DNA of 63,978 nucleotides, counting the filler, from Dirinaria sp. TL-2023a (lineage: Eukaryota), in NCBI GenBank assembly GCA_051941275.1. It is 3 parts of 3 records of this genome, joined end to end, with 100 filler letters (N's around TTAATTAATTAA, not from the genome) between each part and the next. Parts side by side here need not be neighbours in the genome. Positions count along the whole stretch, not along the records: positions 1 to 22,372 come from JAVEBF010000225.1; 2 more parts are not named here. The stretch is one strand, 5' to 3'. Shown piece after piece: positions 1 to 12,961 of this stretch. Every line of letters starts with the position of its first letter. Position 1 is the first letter of the stretch. The notes below the pieces were generated by a model. It had not been told where the DNA came from, did no database searches, and was given only the letters and a program-made list of their open reading frames with translations. The position numbers and the translations under genes were made by a program.

Positions 1-336
1 GGGGTTTAGGGGGGGGGAAGTCGGTAAGCCTTGATTCGATGGTTCATAGAGACTGATAAAGAGGATACTGCCATAACTTATATCCTCGCCGATTTCCACA
101 CTCAGTGTATCCCATAAATTTCCCCAAGACCAAGCGAGAACTTCGGTATTGGGACTTTCTTGTCTTTGGAGATTGACTCTCCTCATATATTCCATCCAAC
201 CCGCACCGCATAACGCTACTATCTTGCAAAATCTCCAGACTCCGCCCAAAGAGTCCCAACCCCAATCCGTTGAACCTTCCAGTCCTTTCCGTATATCTCA
301 TACGGCTCATTTTTCTGCAATTGTATTTGTGCTCCT

Positions 337-653
337 ATAGAATCGATATCGTGCGGCCGCGGGGAGCTTCAGATATTTGTCCTTCGAGATCAAGGGCGAT
401 GTCCCGGTGGCCACCGGATTCCTGAGGTGAGCTGGTTAGCTTTGGTTCTTAGTTGGAGACTGAAAGGTGGATTTTGGATTGGAGAAAGATGTTGCTGAGT
501 ACAGGGAATGTGGTTTTGAAGGCAGAGTGGGATAGAAGGGGATCGTGCAGTGGGACTTTTGAGAGTGGAACATGATGGTGACTTATGTTCGATAGCGGGA
601 TATTGGATTGAGAAATGAGTACTTGAGAGTTTCATGCACATGGGGAAGAAAAG

Positions 654-688
<35 letters not shown>

Positions 689-1951
689 AAAAAGAAACAA
701 GAAATGGTAACAGAACAAGCCAGGACCCAAAGACCTAGCACCAGCACTTTCGGGCCATAATACAGGATATTACTTACCCAGCTTCCGTTCTGCCAGCTGC
801 CCTTCTGCGGTAGGATCCTTCCACTTGAACCAGCTGTTGCTGAAGTCGATTGTTGAGAAGCAAGTCTGCCCTGGTAGTACAAGTAAAGCGGGCGGAAGAC
901 GGGAGCATTGGCGCAAACAATGCCAATGTTCACTTCAGGCAGACGCCAGGCCACGTTGGCCGAGATGGCCCCTAAGGTGGTGAATCATTGGTTAGTGAAC
1001 ACCATGGCTACCCCAGTGGTGACATACATGTAATATCCGGGTCCTTAATAGCTCCAGAGAGCACGGTGCGTACGGTACAGCAAGTGGCGGTGCTGTGTGT
1101 GGTCTCCTGTCAATATCCTCCTGTGACTGCGAGGTGGGGATACATACATAACACCTAGGCCCATGAGAATACACAGCGCGATCTTGGTCTTGAACTTGAC
1201 TTGGAGGTCTCGAAGGAAGAATGCGGGGAATGTGGCGCATAATAGATCGGTGATGATAGAAAGCACTATTCCTGCAATCAGCGCTGCTAGATCGACACCC
1301 TTCCACTTGAGAATACTCCATACCTCCCTGAGCCAGCACTACCGCTTCAATCTGCCCATCACTCAAGCACACCGCGTCGACACCAATGTCCCAATATGCC
1401 TTCAGCGGCCGACAGACACCCAGGAACATCGCAATACATATGATTGTGAACAGGACCAAGCACCCAATGAGCGCATAAATTGCACTTCTTACCCTCCTGT
1501 CACTCACGATCCGTAGGAGGAAGAGACATATACTAGTCTTGGTGAGCATCAACGTGATGAATGTCTGGATCCAGTCCCCCCATCCCAATGCCACGAAATC
1601 GCGTCTTTGAGCTGGCTGCAGGTAATAGCTGTGACGGCCTAGACCTCCAACGATGACTTCGCAGGTGATAAGGGCGGCTCCAACCAGCGTGGAGGTCTAC
1701 TTGGAATGTCAACGCAGTGCTCCAAGTGATATGCCAGCGAACACAAAGTAGCACTCTGAAAGGACGCGTACAAGAGCGGCCATCATATGGTAGTCATCCC
1801 ACCCCAGGTTGCGCGTCAAGCGAATTCGAACCCAAACACGCAGCAGGGTTGTGATCACGGCGGCAGTGACAAAGGCCCAGCAAACGGAAAGAAGAGCCCA
1901 TCCTTGATCTCTGTCGCCATCTGGTGGCGGAGAGAAATCGTAGGACTTCAT
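337..1951 (-). CDS. PTH11-like / fungal rhodopsin-domain integral membrane protein, multi-exon
   Basis: Exon ORFs give TLLRVWVRIRLTRNLGWDDYHM, LTKTSICLFLLRI, CRPLKAYWD, SIITDLLCATFP, KTKIALCILMGLG and EVNIGIVCANAPVFRPL, the typical family motifs. The last exon (422-337), after an intron containing a poly-T tract, is tentative. Confidence 0.85.
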
Positions 1952-4900
1952 ATCAAATCAGAGAAGTCTTTCATTCGCGTTTCATGCGCGCAGATGAAGT
2001 TTGAGAGAGCTGCAAAAGCGAAAGAGAGGGGAGAAAAGAGAGGCTCTGGACCGCGTACATCCGTTAACATCGTAGATCAAGTAACATAATCCACCTTCTT
2101 AGAAGGATCAGCCGGAAGGCGGGATGTGATTCTTCGCTGTGCAATAAACCTGGAACGGCATCGAATGTAGATCTCGGGGAATTGATCGGTACTTCTAGCT
2201 GTCCCACGGTACCAAGGTATAGGGTCTCAATTCAGATGAGAAAGCCGAATAGCTTGTGAAGGATGGTGAACAAGGTTAAGGAGAGATACGCTCCACGGCA
2301 GTCGCCGTGCGATAGCATGGTCTGGCTCGTGTAGGAGAACGGTGCTCCTCAATTCACACCGGGGACGGGAAGTCAATGATTGTTATTACTACAGAAAATT
2401 CTTCGAATTTCCTAGTCGTTCGATAAGACGAATCGGCGAGTACGATTCGTATGTGGTTCATGAGTAACAGTGTGCCAATTAGTCATGTTGCCGTCGGTTT
2501 ATTCTTAGTTGGCTTATCTGAACCAAGCTCATGATACTCCAAAACCAATCAGAAACGATTCCTTATGGTCGTTTACAATTCATCTTTCGGAGAGATTTTT
2601 CGAATGAAGTTACGCCCAACACGGGCCAAGTGATCGGCGTCCATGCGTCATGGATCAGCCAACGGGTACCTGACATGAAGAAGCTCATTCGCGCGCTTAT
2701 AAGTGAAGCGCGCAAAGCAAGTGCAGCCGAGATCAGCTGCCAACATAAACCTTGAAACGTAGCTGTACTTTCGTTAGAGATATGCTGACCCAGGGTTCCA
2801 ATCGACGACGGGCTGTCTAGCGTGGTGTACTGTCTTGACCGGCGTACGGACATGGCGGCTCGGACAGCAGAATTCTAGGTTAGAATCACTAGTAGTTCCA
2901 CTAGAAGGGCCAGCTCAAGGCTAACCTTCGACCTGGTCCCGTGGAAACAAATTCTCATCATCTTCGCAACTGGCATTGGTCATTCATAGAATTGCTGGCG
3001 CTGAAAGATAATCACGAGCCTCGAAAACCGTCTTATAAGCGAATAACAAACAGCTTTAGTTTCGCTCATCGTATCGTTCGCAGACACTGACCACATGTCG
3101 CTCGATATGACTCGACTAAGAGAGGATTGATTAAATGCTAGTGCTCTTATCCGACTGATGTAGAGCATGCCCCATTGCGTTTCGAACGGCGATAACGGAG
3201 GACTACACTGAAGTGGAGGATCAAGAGGTTCATTAAGAAATAGGCGGATGTTGGAGAACAAATGTTGGAGCGATGACCTGTTGCTGAATACACAGAGGAA
3301 GCTTCCTCACAAAAATCTCCTTAAGGGTAGTGGTGTTATGGAAGATACTAATATAGCAATGACGCATGATGGGATAGACATAGACGGCGTCCCATAAAAC
3401 TGCCGGCTAACTTATGTCGTCCGAAACTGACTTGACGGCGGAGCGGTTAATGGGTTCGAGTCCCTTTTGTCGGTTTCATGGTGGGCAACTCCGTCGGATT
3501 ATGTATCTAGTGACATATTAGGCATAGCGCATAAAATAAACAACTTCAAAGCCAACGATTGACGTAGAGCATGGATTTGGTCTTCGTGACAGCAGTTTTG
3601 ACACGTTCGAGTTGAAGGGAGCTTCGAATTTGTGAATTCCGTGGCCCACTGCTCCTTGCCAGATTATGTCGTGACTATGTCTCAAGCATGAAGTGCCAAT
3701 CTTCTTCCAGTGCTCAATCACCTACCCTGATTTATCGTATTTATCCTTTCTATGGAATTTGTGACATCAGTGTTCTCTTCATCACCATTCATCACCATAC
3801 AAAATTGCTGGGCTGCGACGGTCGCTAGATCCGCGCAATGGGGTTTGATGGAAAGCTGAGATCCCGTCTTTAGACATCAGTGGTATGTTTCTCGATTGCT
3901 GGAGGTATGCAAGGTAGCTTCGGAAGGCGGCGCGAAAGAAAAAAAGAAAAAAAAAAAAAAAAAAAACCAAAGAAAGAAACAAAGAAGACCTGACTACTCA
4001 GTAGTCAATCTCGCAGGAGATCCATGTTTTGGACCGTAAGCGTAATTGAGCGCATCAAACGTATTTCATTTGCAGCTCGGTTCTGAATCGATATGCCTAA
4101 TGCCATTCAGTTGTGTCGTGTCGTTGACTGACGACGTAGAGCAGTATCTAGGAAGAGTAAAGGATTCAAGGTTAATAAGAGGGGGGACATTTGATGAGAA
4201 CATCGATCTGGTTAGCATTCTCAACAACGAGGCATCAACGGGTGATTGCGAAGATCCTACTGACGAAACTGCATCCGTGCTTCACAGTATAACTTTCACA
4301 CAGCGAAAGTTCAAGAGCTCCTGTAGGAAGTAAGTCAAAGCGAATGATACAAGCCCTTGTACTATCGTATAGGATTAAAGGATCATGGGATGCCAATTTT
4401 CAAGCCATTATTCCACTGCGTCAGAGGTAGGGAGCATTGGATTGCTCTGGATTTTGTTGTTGCTTTTAGATTCGAGTATGAGTTGTATGGGATTCAAGAA
4501 GACGAGGGGGACGATGATGATTTGATGAATGGTGATTGATCGTATTGATCTACTGTGCCGTGTTGGAACGTGGCCGCGAGCCTGAAGTGGTTTTTGAAAC
4601 GGATCAACTGGAAGCTTGTAAGGTACATATTTTAGACAAGCATAACAAACAAGCCAGCGAGGCTAGATAAGGTACCGCGTGCTCTCCATGATCAATCATG
4701 CGTGCTTGACTTTCAGATACTTAACTTACATTAGTAGTATCTGGAGTCCCATGGTATCAAGCCGAGGAAGCGGAATTTCTAGGAAGCGAGTCTTGGCGTC
4801 GACTTTAGGTAAGAAGACTTGTCACGTGACCTGTCAGAGGCTGCCAGCGCAGAATGTTGTTATGTATCTTTCCCAACTTATCAAGGTAAGATTACATTAC

Positions 4901-5400
4901 CTTCCCATTCATGACACTGTTGACTCAAGCACATGGATCAATCTCTTTCAGGAAGTGTACCGAGGACCACGTAAGACATGAGCGTTCGATCTTCTCTATT
5001 CGAGTTGAGTTCCGAGATCATCTTAAGCGACCGCGTCAGGTACCTTAGCTACCTGCCCGACCTTATGTATGTCGGGTATCTAAGAGATCGGCGGACTGGG
5101 TCTAGAACGACCATCTGGTGCCAAACGGTAAGGTACATACAGATGGTACCTACGCTAATAATGACTCGGCCTCGTGCTTCTGCCGTCAGATGATGATGCC
5201 CCACTGAAAGTTTGCTCTGCTACCTCTATAGGGCTTAGCTTGCTATTAGTATTCAAAACCGTCACCCACAAGTCGTGAATTGTCATGTTGTGGTAAATAT
5301 ATTCTTCCTTCTCGAACCTCAGAGCGCGCCATTTTCCCCTTCGTTCTTATCGTTAGATCCATACAACTGCACGTGCGACGCCATGTCTCACTACTCGAGT

Positions 5401-6173
5401 ATGCCGAAGATGTTCGTGGGTGGTATCCTGATGCTCGCTCTGCTCGCCGCGACGACCGTTGCTCAAGCACCGCCACATGTGCAAGTCCGAGCAAGCCCGA
5501 GCAATGCCACCGGCTGTGGAAATATCATCCCCCCGTCTGGCCTACCCACTTCGTTTCCGGGGTCTCTCCAGCCACAAGACGTGGAGACTGAGAATCAAAT
5601 CCGCAACACCCTCGGTCATTACCCGCTCGCGATCGACGGCAAGAACTTCGATGCCTTGAATCTAGTCTTCACCGAGGATGCAGTCGCCAATTACTCCGCC
5701 CCCTTGAATGTTCTTGTCGGTCTGAGCCAGATCCAGCTCGTGCTGCAGAAAAGCCTGGCACCGGTCTTGTCGCAGCATGCCTTCTCGTCGCAGGTCATTG
5801 AGATCGAGGAGGGAGGCGAGACGGCGAAGACTGTGACTTACTTTACGGCATCGCAGTTCGGGACGGGGAACAAGACTGGAAAGGTAGGCTGAATCCATTC
5901 GCTCGAACTTAGAACTTCGCGGATCGATTCAATTGCATCGTGGTTTTTTTCCAGGTCGGACAGACTGCTAAATCATCTACTTCTCTTGATTAGGTTTACT
6001 ATTCATACGGCCAATATCAGGACAATCTGGTCAAGGTTAACCATGGATGGAGAATCAGACACCGAAATCTAGTATACATGGTACAATCGCTCATGACCCT
6101 GTTCGGAGCCTTGTGTTGGTTGATTAACAGCTTAAAGGGCCCCAGCATTGGAGACGTCTCCGTCTTCTTGTAG
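5401..6173 (+). CDS. Secreted SnoaL-like (NTF2-fold, SnoaL_4-type) domain protein, 3 exons
   Basis: Signal peptide, then IRNTLGHYPLAIDGKNFDALNLVFTEDAVANYS. Splicing 5884-5993 and 6081-6137 gives VYYSYGQYQDNLVKVNHGWRIRHRNLVYM/GPSIGDVSVFL*. Confidence 0.8.
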
Positions 6174-7490
6174 AGAAGTCTAGTCATATTGGACGCAACG
6201 GGTGTCGGCGCAGGCAAACACGAGATTGCCAAGAAGGATAGTCGCATCATGTTTGCCAGGCTTTAACTTAGCCAGGCTGCTGGATAGGTCGGGGATGGAA
6301 CCTACCTGCAACCAACTCTGCTGCATTCAATAGCAAACTTGACCTGCAGCCCTAAATCACCGGCTTTCTTTCTTCCCATTATTGCAGTGATATGATTTAT
6401 CCACATGCCCAATGACTTTGCTATTGTGTCCGTGTATGTGCACTTAAACTATGAGCAAGACGATGACCAACTTTTGAGGTTTCAGATTTGGGAGACGATA
6501 ATATGGGTAGATGAAAAGAGTGTGTTGGTCTCGTAAGTTCGTTTGACTCGATACCCCAACAGCTTCTCTGTTCGGTGCGAGGTTTGGACGGTGGGGCTTG
6601 ACTTACCATCACCCTGCTTGATACATTTTCCGAGCAAGAAGAATTCACAGAATCACTATTTTCGATTCGATCACGTAATGTGTTCAAAAAAGACAGCTGA
6701 CACTGCATGCCAAGCAAATACTGTTGTGGAATGAGAATCGTAACTCTCGAGTGCCTACAGCACTCTCTTCAATTCGAAGATGATCGTTGCAGCGATTGAA
6801 ATCGTGTTCACTCTGAGCTGAAAAGAACATTGCTCACGACAAATAAAGAGAGATCACTTTCACTGCAACCAAACCTCATCTGCGTAGTGGCGGATCTCGG
6901 CTTCCCGATGAATTCAGAAAAGTACTCCGAAGCTGTACTTACCACATGATTGGAAGTTGCAAGATTGAGGGTAACGAAAAAGACGCGAGTGAAGGTGGAG
7001 AGAGGTTTGATGTGTATTGAGCACCGTCTTCGAGAACCGGATTCGAAAGAATTCGAAATCCATTACCGAAGAGGAGGTTGGACATCTTCACTTGAAATTA
7101 CCGCTCTTCAGTCACTTTCCTCATGTGCTTTGGCTGCTATGTTCATGCTCACGTTTGGGCGACTAGCTAAACGTTGTGGATTGAACCACATTCTATTTCT
7201 TCTGCTAGCATAGATCACTTGTGTTCGATGCGATCATCAATCCCTCTTTCGCGATGCTATCTATCAAGGCCATATCAGCCACTATTCCCTATTTAGCATA
7301 TTAGCGTCAACGCACTGTCTTCACAAGCTCATTAACGACATTACCCCTCAATATTTTAAGTCTGCGGCCCGAAGAATTCACATTCTTCGTAGATACGGCA
7401 TCGGAAGATGCTACGAAGACAGTTTCCATTCCTTTCAAGGCTCTGATAAATCAATTCTTGTCGGCGATAGCAATCGTCAAGTCCCCATTA

Positions 7491-8650
7491 CTATCTGTAT
7501 GGAAAGGTACGGTGTTCCAGAGGGATATGTTCAGGTACAAGATACGCCCTTGTCTGCAGTGAACTGACATGCCGAATCAAGTCAGCTCCGTTATCATCGG
7601 GCTTTCTGATTATTTCCACTCTCGTTTTCGCCCCAAACCAGACCTCTTTCAGCGCAGAACACATTGGAACCATCATTGATACTAATTTCTGTTCACCTGC
7701 TGCCTCCGCTGCCAGGATTATTTGCTGTTTTGTCTCGAAGCCCCGAGCTGGCCGGAATCTGCAGACCTCGCTCCAGGCAAGCCCAGACGGATGCATGTGG
7801 TAGTGGGACATCCCAAGGCTTTCCAAACGCCTAGACCGAGATAATGTCGAGATGAAGCGCTGTGTGAGGTCGGCGTCCCACGACCATTTGTGCACGTAGA
7901 TTTCACTCAACTTTCGCAGGTTGGGGAACACCCTGAGCGCGAGTTCGATTTGGCTCAAGGTCCATTTTCGGTGGAGCTCCAATACTTGCAAAGCAGGTAA
8001 AATAGGCATGCTTTCAAGGAATTTGTGCGGTCCCTCACGATGAGACTCACAAACGCCGAGCGCGATAAGTTCCGGACACATCTGAATTGCGAAGTTGCAG
8101 CTCGGGCTTGTTATCAAAGTACGGACATTTTCCAGCACGACCGCGTCGATGGGGAAGGTTTTTGAGAGCGCTTCAGGAAGTTCCAACACCAGTTTTCTAA
8201 GAAGCGGCATTTGCCGAAGAAGAAGGGTCCAATTCGAAGCTAGAGTCGTACGCTCCACGACGCCATAGTTAGACGAACGTAAAATCTCGAACTTAAACTC
8301 TCTGGCCACGGTTAAGTCGAAGAAGATCAATAATCATTAAGAGTTTATACTGACCTTACTAAACACCCAAACTGGCGAAAATGGACCATGTCATCCACAC
8401 GACCCACAGCGTCCGTCAAACAATGCTTGAAAGAGACGGTATGAAAAAGCATCGAGAGGCAGACCTCACGAAGGCGGCGACATGTTTTCGATAATGCGTC
8501 GAGACAGTGCGCTTTCATAATTCCATCCGCCGAGGGACACGCAGGAGGTTGCGATTGTTGAACGGATGTGCAAATTTTTTGCAACAGTTCATTAGGTAGT
8601 CTGACAAAGGGGGGGTCTCGGATTCCGTTGGACGCGACGGCTTGAGCCAT
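7491..8650 (-). CDS. F-box domain protein with LRR-like C-terminus, 2 exons
   Basis: FVRLPNELLQKIC...LDALSKTCRRLREVCLSMLFHTV is an F-box-like motif. The second exon has repeated LxxLxL motifs (LRKLVLEL, LQVLELH, FPNLRKL, LESLGM, LKEVWF). Confidence 0.7.
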
Positions 8651-11137
8651 CTTCACCCTAGAAAGATCGAAAGACTTGATCAGCATTCCCTTGGAAGACT
8701 GGTCGTCTATCACTTACTCGGAAACCCTCTTGGATGCTCTCTACTGGCAGATTATGCGAGCTCATGTAGGTTGGATGGACATCGATAAATGAGTGACGAT
8801 AAGTAGACGCGAGGATCAACATGAAAAGGAGGCAGCCAAGGGGTTGCCTAGCCCACTCCCTCAATACTGATAGACGCCAAGGCGAGCGGGCCGAGGTTCC
8901 ATCTTGATTTGATAACATCACTCGATCGTCCTCTCAGTAATCCCGCGGTCCTTGTGAAATGATCGCTCAAGAAGCCAAGTTAGCTTCACCTTGTTTCTAC
9001 ATGCAGCAACATGTCGAATTCGATGCTTGCTGATTATGGAACTGATAGTACTGTCGAGCCATGAACAATCTTGTCTCCAACATCACTCTGAATCAGCCTG
9101 CCAATACACTGCAAAGCGAGACAGATCTTACGTTTTTGTCCTTGAATCGTCATCAAGATTTGTCTCTATAAGGTCTTCATAGCGTCATCGAAACAAAAAA
9201 GCAAGAGAAGGAACCATCAACATTGACATGAGTTTAAACCAGAGTAGTGAAAGAACGGTTGTTTGTCTATGGCTGTGTACTGGCTCGACCGCCTGTCCAA
9301 AAATTCGCTGGCTCCGCGGGAAGCACGGTTTGGAAGATTGCACCTAGAGAAATGGCCATCATCCAAAGAGGGACCTGGACATGACTAGTTAAGCTGTCCA
9401 GCCTGTGAAAACAGTGGCAGCTAAGTCGATAGTCATCTCGTCAATCAAAGAAGGCATTGTTTCTAGTTCTCTCACATAACCGAAATACTACTATGAGCAG
9501 TCATTGCTCCCACAGTCGTCTTGTGGCCCTTTCTCACCGATCAAGAGCCTGCTTCATAGACGACACAAGTTCGAGAGATATCTATGGAATCCTGAGAAGG
9601 TACAAGCCTTCTGTTTGGATCCGCTCTTCCTGTCGCAAATCTTCTCGAAATCTGCTTCGGAGAGCTAACGCAGATGTGAGAGATCAAGTGATTCGACGCT
9701 TCCGCTCTCGGGTATCATTGATGCCGCTTTAATGGGCTGCTCTGATGTCAGGTTGCTAGAGAGACTGAGATCGATCGTTGCTTTGTTGGGAAAAGCAAGT
9801 TCGGGATAGCGAACTGCGGCCGCTGATGAAGGTAACTTATTGTTCTCGACCAAAGCAACGAGCGTACTTCATATTCTCGGCAGGTAGCCTGGTAGCTGCT
9901 TGGACTCGACAAGGGAGCTGATGCTAACGTTCATGTTCTTCAAGGTAGTAGGCATTGGGTCTGTTGCCATGCTGTTAAGTGAGTTGCTCTGGTGTTGAGC
10001 CCCAGGGCTTTCCTTTTTCAGAGGACCCGACGATCAAGCAGGTGGCAGTCGATGGGAAAGGCTGATAGAATCCATAAACACCAGGACTCTGAGTTCAACA
10101 CCTATCATCTTTCTCACAAGCTGGCGCGCAATTCCCGGAGAATCGACACATGATTCGATTGAGCTTGGAAGACGTTCAGGAATTGAAGACATCGTTTCAA
10201 AGGTCCTTTGTCGTACAGCCACTCATTGTGTGAAGCGGCCAGGGTCCGATACCGCCTATCAACCTTGGCGATAATAAAGATTTGATCCCGCTGACCCATG
10301 CTATTGGCGATGTTACAGGGGTTGTGACGCCAGAGAGGAGATGACGGAGTGCGGAAGATTTCTAACCCCTCGACGGGCTCAGCAGGCAGCAGAGTCCAAA
10401 TATCCCTTAGACACAATGGCCGCATCTGCAGATGATGCAGGCTGATGTTTTGGTTTGACCAATGCTATCTCCAGTCCCGCCATATGGACCCAGATGTACC
10501 AGCTTTTGACAACATGGCAAGCATCGCCTCGGAAGCTTGCCAATAACGCTGATACGCAGATACGCTTAGCATGCGATTTGTATGATTCAAAAGGTGAATT
10601 AAGGTAAAGCAGTCCAGATTTGTCGCAGAGTTGCTCAGTTGCAGCATGATTGAAGAAGGTAGTCTAGACTCGGCATTTCACTGAATCTCGGTCGCAAAGG
10701 AGCTCAGCTGAGGAATCTCAGGATCTACTGAGGTAGTTGTGAACAGTGTCAACTAGCCCGCTCATCAGATGAACACGGATATCGAGCTGAGCCGGCTACT
10801 TGATGAAACATTGAAGTCGGTCTATTGCGGTGACGAAGGTGGTCCATCTACCAATATCTTATTCGATCTGGAGTAAGTACAGAGATTGCTTCGTGGTGAC
10901 ACGCGTAACATGAGAACGTCCCAGTTGGGTCGTTCGGAATTTAAGATGATGTTGGACCAAAGCAAACTTGTGGCCCTATAGCCAGCGGATCAATTAATTA
11001 TGCACCCCATTTGAGCGTTCACTAGGAGGAAAGGGAAGCGCTGTCGGCGGCTCTTCGCACAATCGGACAGCTCCTAGTAGAGATCATTATACAGCTAAGA
11101 TTCGGCAAGAGCATTGTGGGCGATCCCGCAAGCTCCT

Positions 11138-12961
11138 CTAACTTAATCGTCGCAGAACCTTAGATGGATTAAGAGCGACACATTCGGCTGACAAATCTCC
11201 GGTGCTCTTGAACGCGTCTGCCGTTGACGTGGATCCGTCTCCAAGGCGAACATCGAACCTAGTGGTCTTAATCTGGTCCTCCCCCAGGTTATACTCTGCT
11301 GAGAAAAGGTCGTACACGCCTAAAATAGAGTCACGGCTCATCGATACTGTCTGAGTCCGCAAAGCAGGAACTGGGATACCATCGGTCGATGTTTGCAGAG
11401 TTAAGAAGAGACTCGGTGTAGTAGACGCACCAGAGCGGACCTACATCACGTTAGACTTGAAACTCTGATGGAGATCTTGTTTAGCTCTGCTTCATTAGGG
11501 AATTGTGCTAGAGGCTTCTGATCGGCGAAAGTCTCCGACTACGTTAAACAACCCTTGACTTCTGACAAAACAAAAGGCAAGACGTACTGCAGCGACGACC
11601 GTAAGGTTTCCTTCTGAGTTGACACAGCTTTGAGGGGTTTGTAACATAACCTGATCCTGCACTGCAAACCCAGAGCCGTTGTTATCATACGTCTCTGTGC
11701 TCCCATCGGCTAAGCTGATGCGTACTTGAAAGCCCGAAATCGAGGTTGCTGCCTGGATGCGGCTTGAAAACCCGTAGAACTAGTCGCGGTCAGATCTCCC
11801 TTTGACATTTTCCAAGTACCACCATACCGTAAAGGTATCATCGAACCCAGCAGCGGTCCCGTTGCTAGTTGTCTTAATTGTACAACTTCCGCAACTACTG
11901 CCGCCATTGCGATCCTTATAAACGAGATCCACAGCGGCAATCTTACCAGCCGACCTTGTTGTAGTCCTTACCCGGATTTCTCCCTCAAAAAGCAATTGTG
12001 TTCCTCCATTGCTGAGAGTTAATTGCAATCCCGTGGGTTTCACCTCGTAAGGAACGATTGGGTCTGTAAGAGCTGTGCCGCTTGGGACTACTTCAATCAT
12101 CTTCTGCAGCATGGCAACACATGTGCTTGCGAACGTTGCAGGATGAGCCATCGCCTTCATTGTAACATTACCGTCGGCACCAAAGACTTTACGATCGGAA
12201 TCCTGACCAAGAGCTACTGATGGTCCGACAGCAAGCGGATCGGACGTCTTGCCATCGACCCATTCAGTTGCAATCTGCGAATCGAATCGGACAGTGGAAT
12301 CAAAATGTGGATTCGAACTCCCACCGGTTCCTGAAGGCACAATGGCGGGGAAATCTTCGGCATGCACGCCGCCAAGCGTGTGTCCGCAGGCAGTCACAGC
12401 GATCATTTCGGTCGTATTGAAACCTGTCCGGAGGAACTTCTGCTTGAATGTGGACAGCGAGTTTTGCGGAAGTGGAACACCCGAAGGCCCAGCCTTTGTT
12501 GCGTCTTTTCTCCCAGTCCGAATGGGAATCACGGGCCCTTTGCAAGAACGGACGGCGGTGTATACGCCTAGAGCGACGATGTCGGCCATGGACGACCTGG
12601 TCGATAGAAAAGGCGCAAAGGTCTCAAATGTTGTCTGAAAGGCAGGGCCGATGTTGTCCCCGCCAAGCTCATATACAAGCGATGCGTCAAGGCCACCGAC
12701 GCCTGTTTGGACGTTCCCTGTAGCCATGTCGTGGAAAGCGGTGCGAATCCATTCCGCGGCGGCGATTCGTCCGTCCCCTTGGGCGGAAAAGGAGCATGGG
12801 GTCACTGCGACGGCGAATCCTCGCGCTCGATACCCCGTGTTCAAGAACATGATGTCTTCAAGCTCGTCTGAAGGGGCAGGCCATGTCGGCACCGAGACTG
12901 CTGCGACGCGATGATGAAGCGCAGCGGATAGCAAGATCACTACGGTGCTGCTGAACCTCAT
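11138..12961 (-). CDS. Secreted fungal hybrid-type (ascorbate/cytochrome c-like) heme peroxidase, 3 exons
   Basis: Signal peptide; distal motif EWIRTAFHDM, GGLDASL, proximal ACGHTLGGVH. Introns at about 11827-11780 and 11587-11443 extend the frame to the stop at 11138. Confidence 0.85.

Noticed and set aside
1..20. GGGGTTTAGGGGGG resembling a telomere repeat
   Set aside because: Single TTAGGG followed by a G run, with no tandem array.
649..686. Long poly-A/T tracts (also about 3937-3966, 45571-45593, 57187-57211) as possible retroposon tails
   Set aside because: No associated target-site duplication or element body seen; these are simple homopolymers in introns or intergenic DNA.
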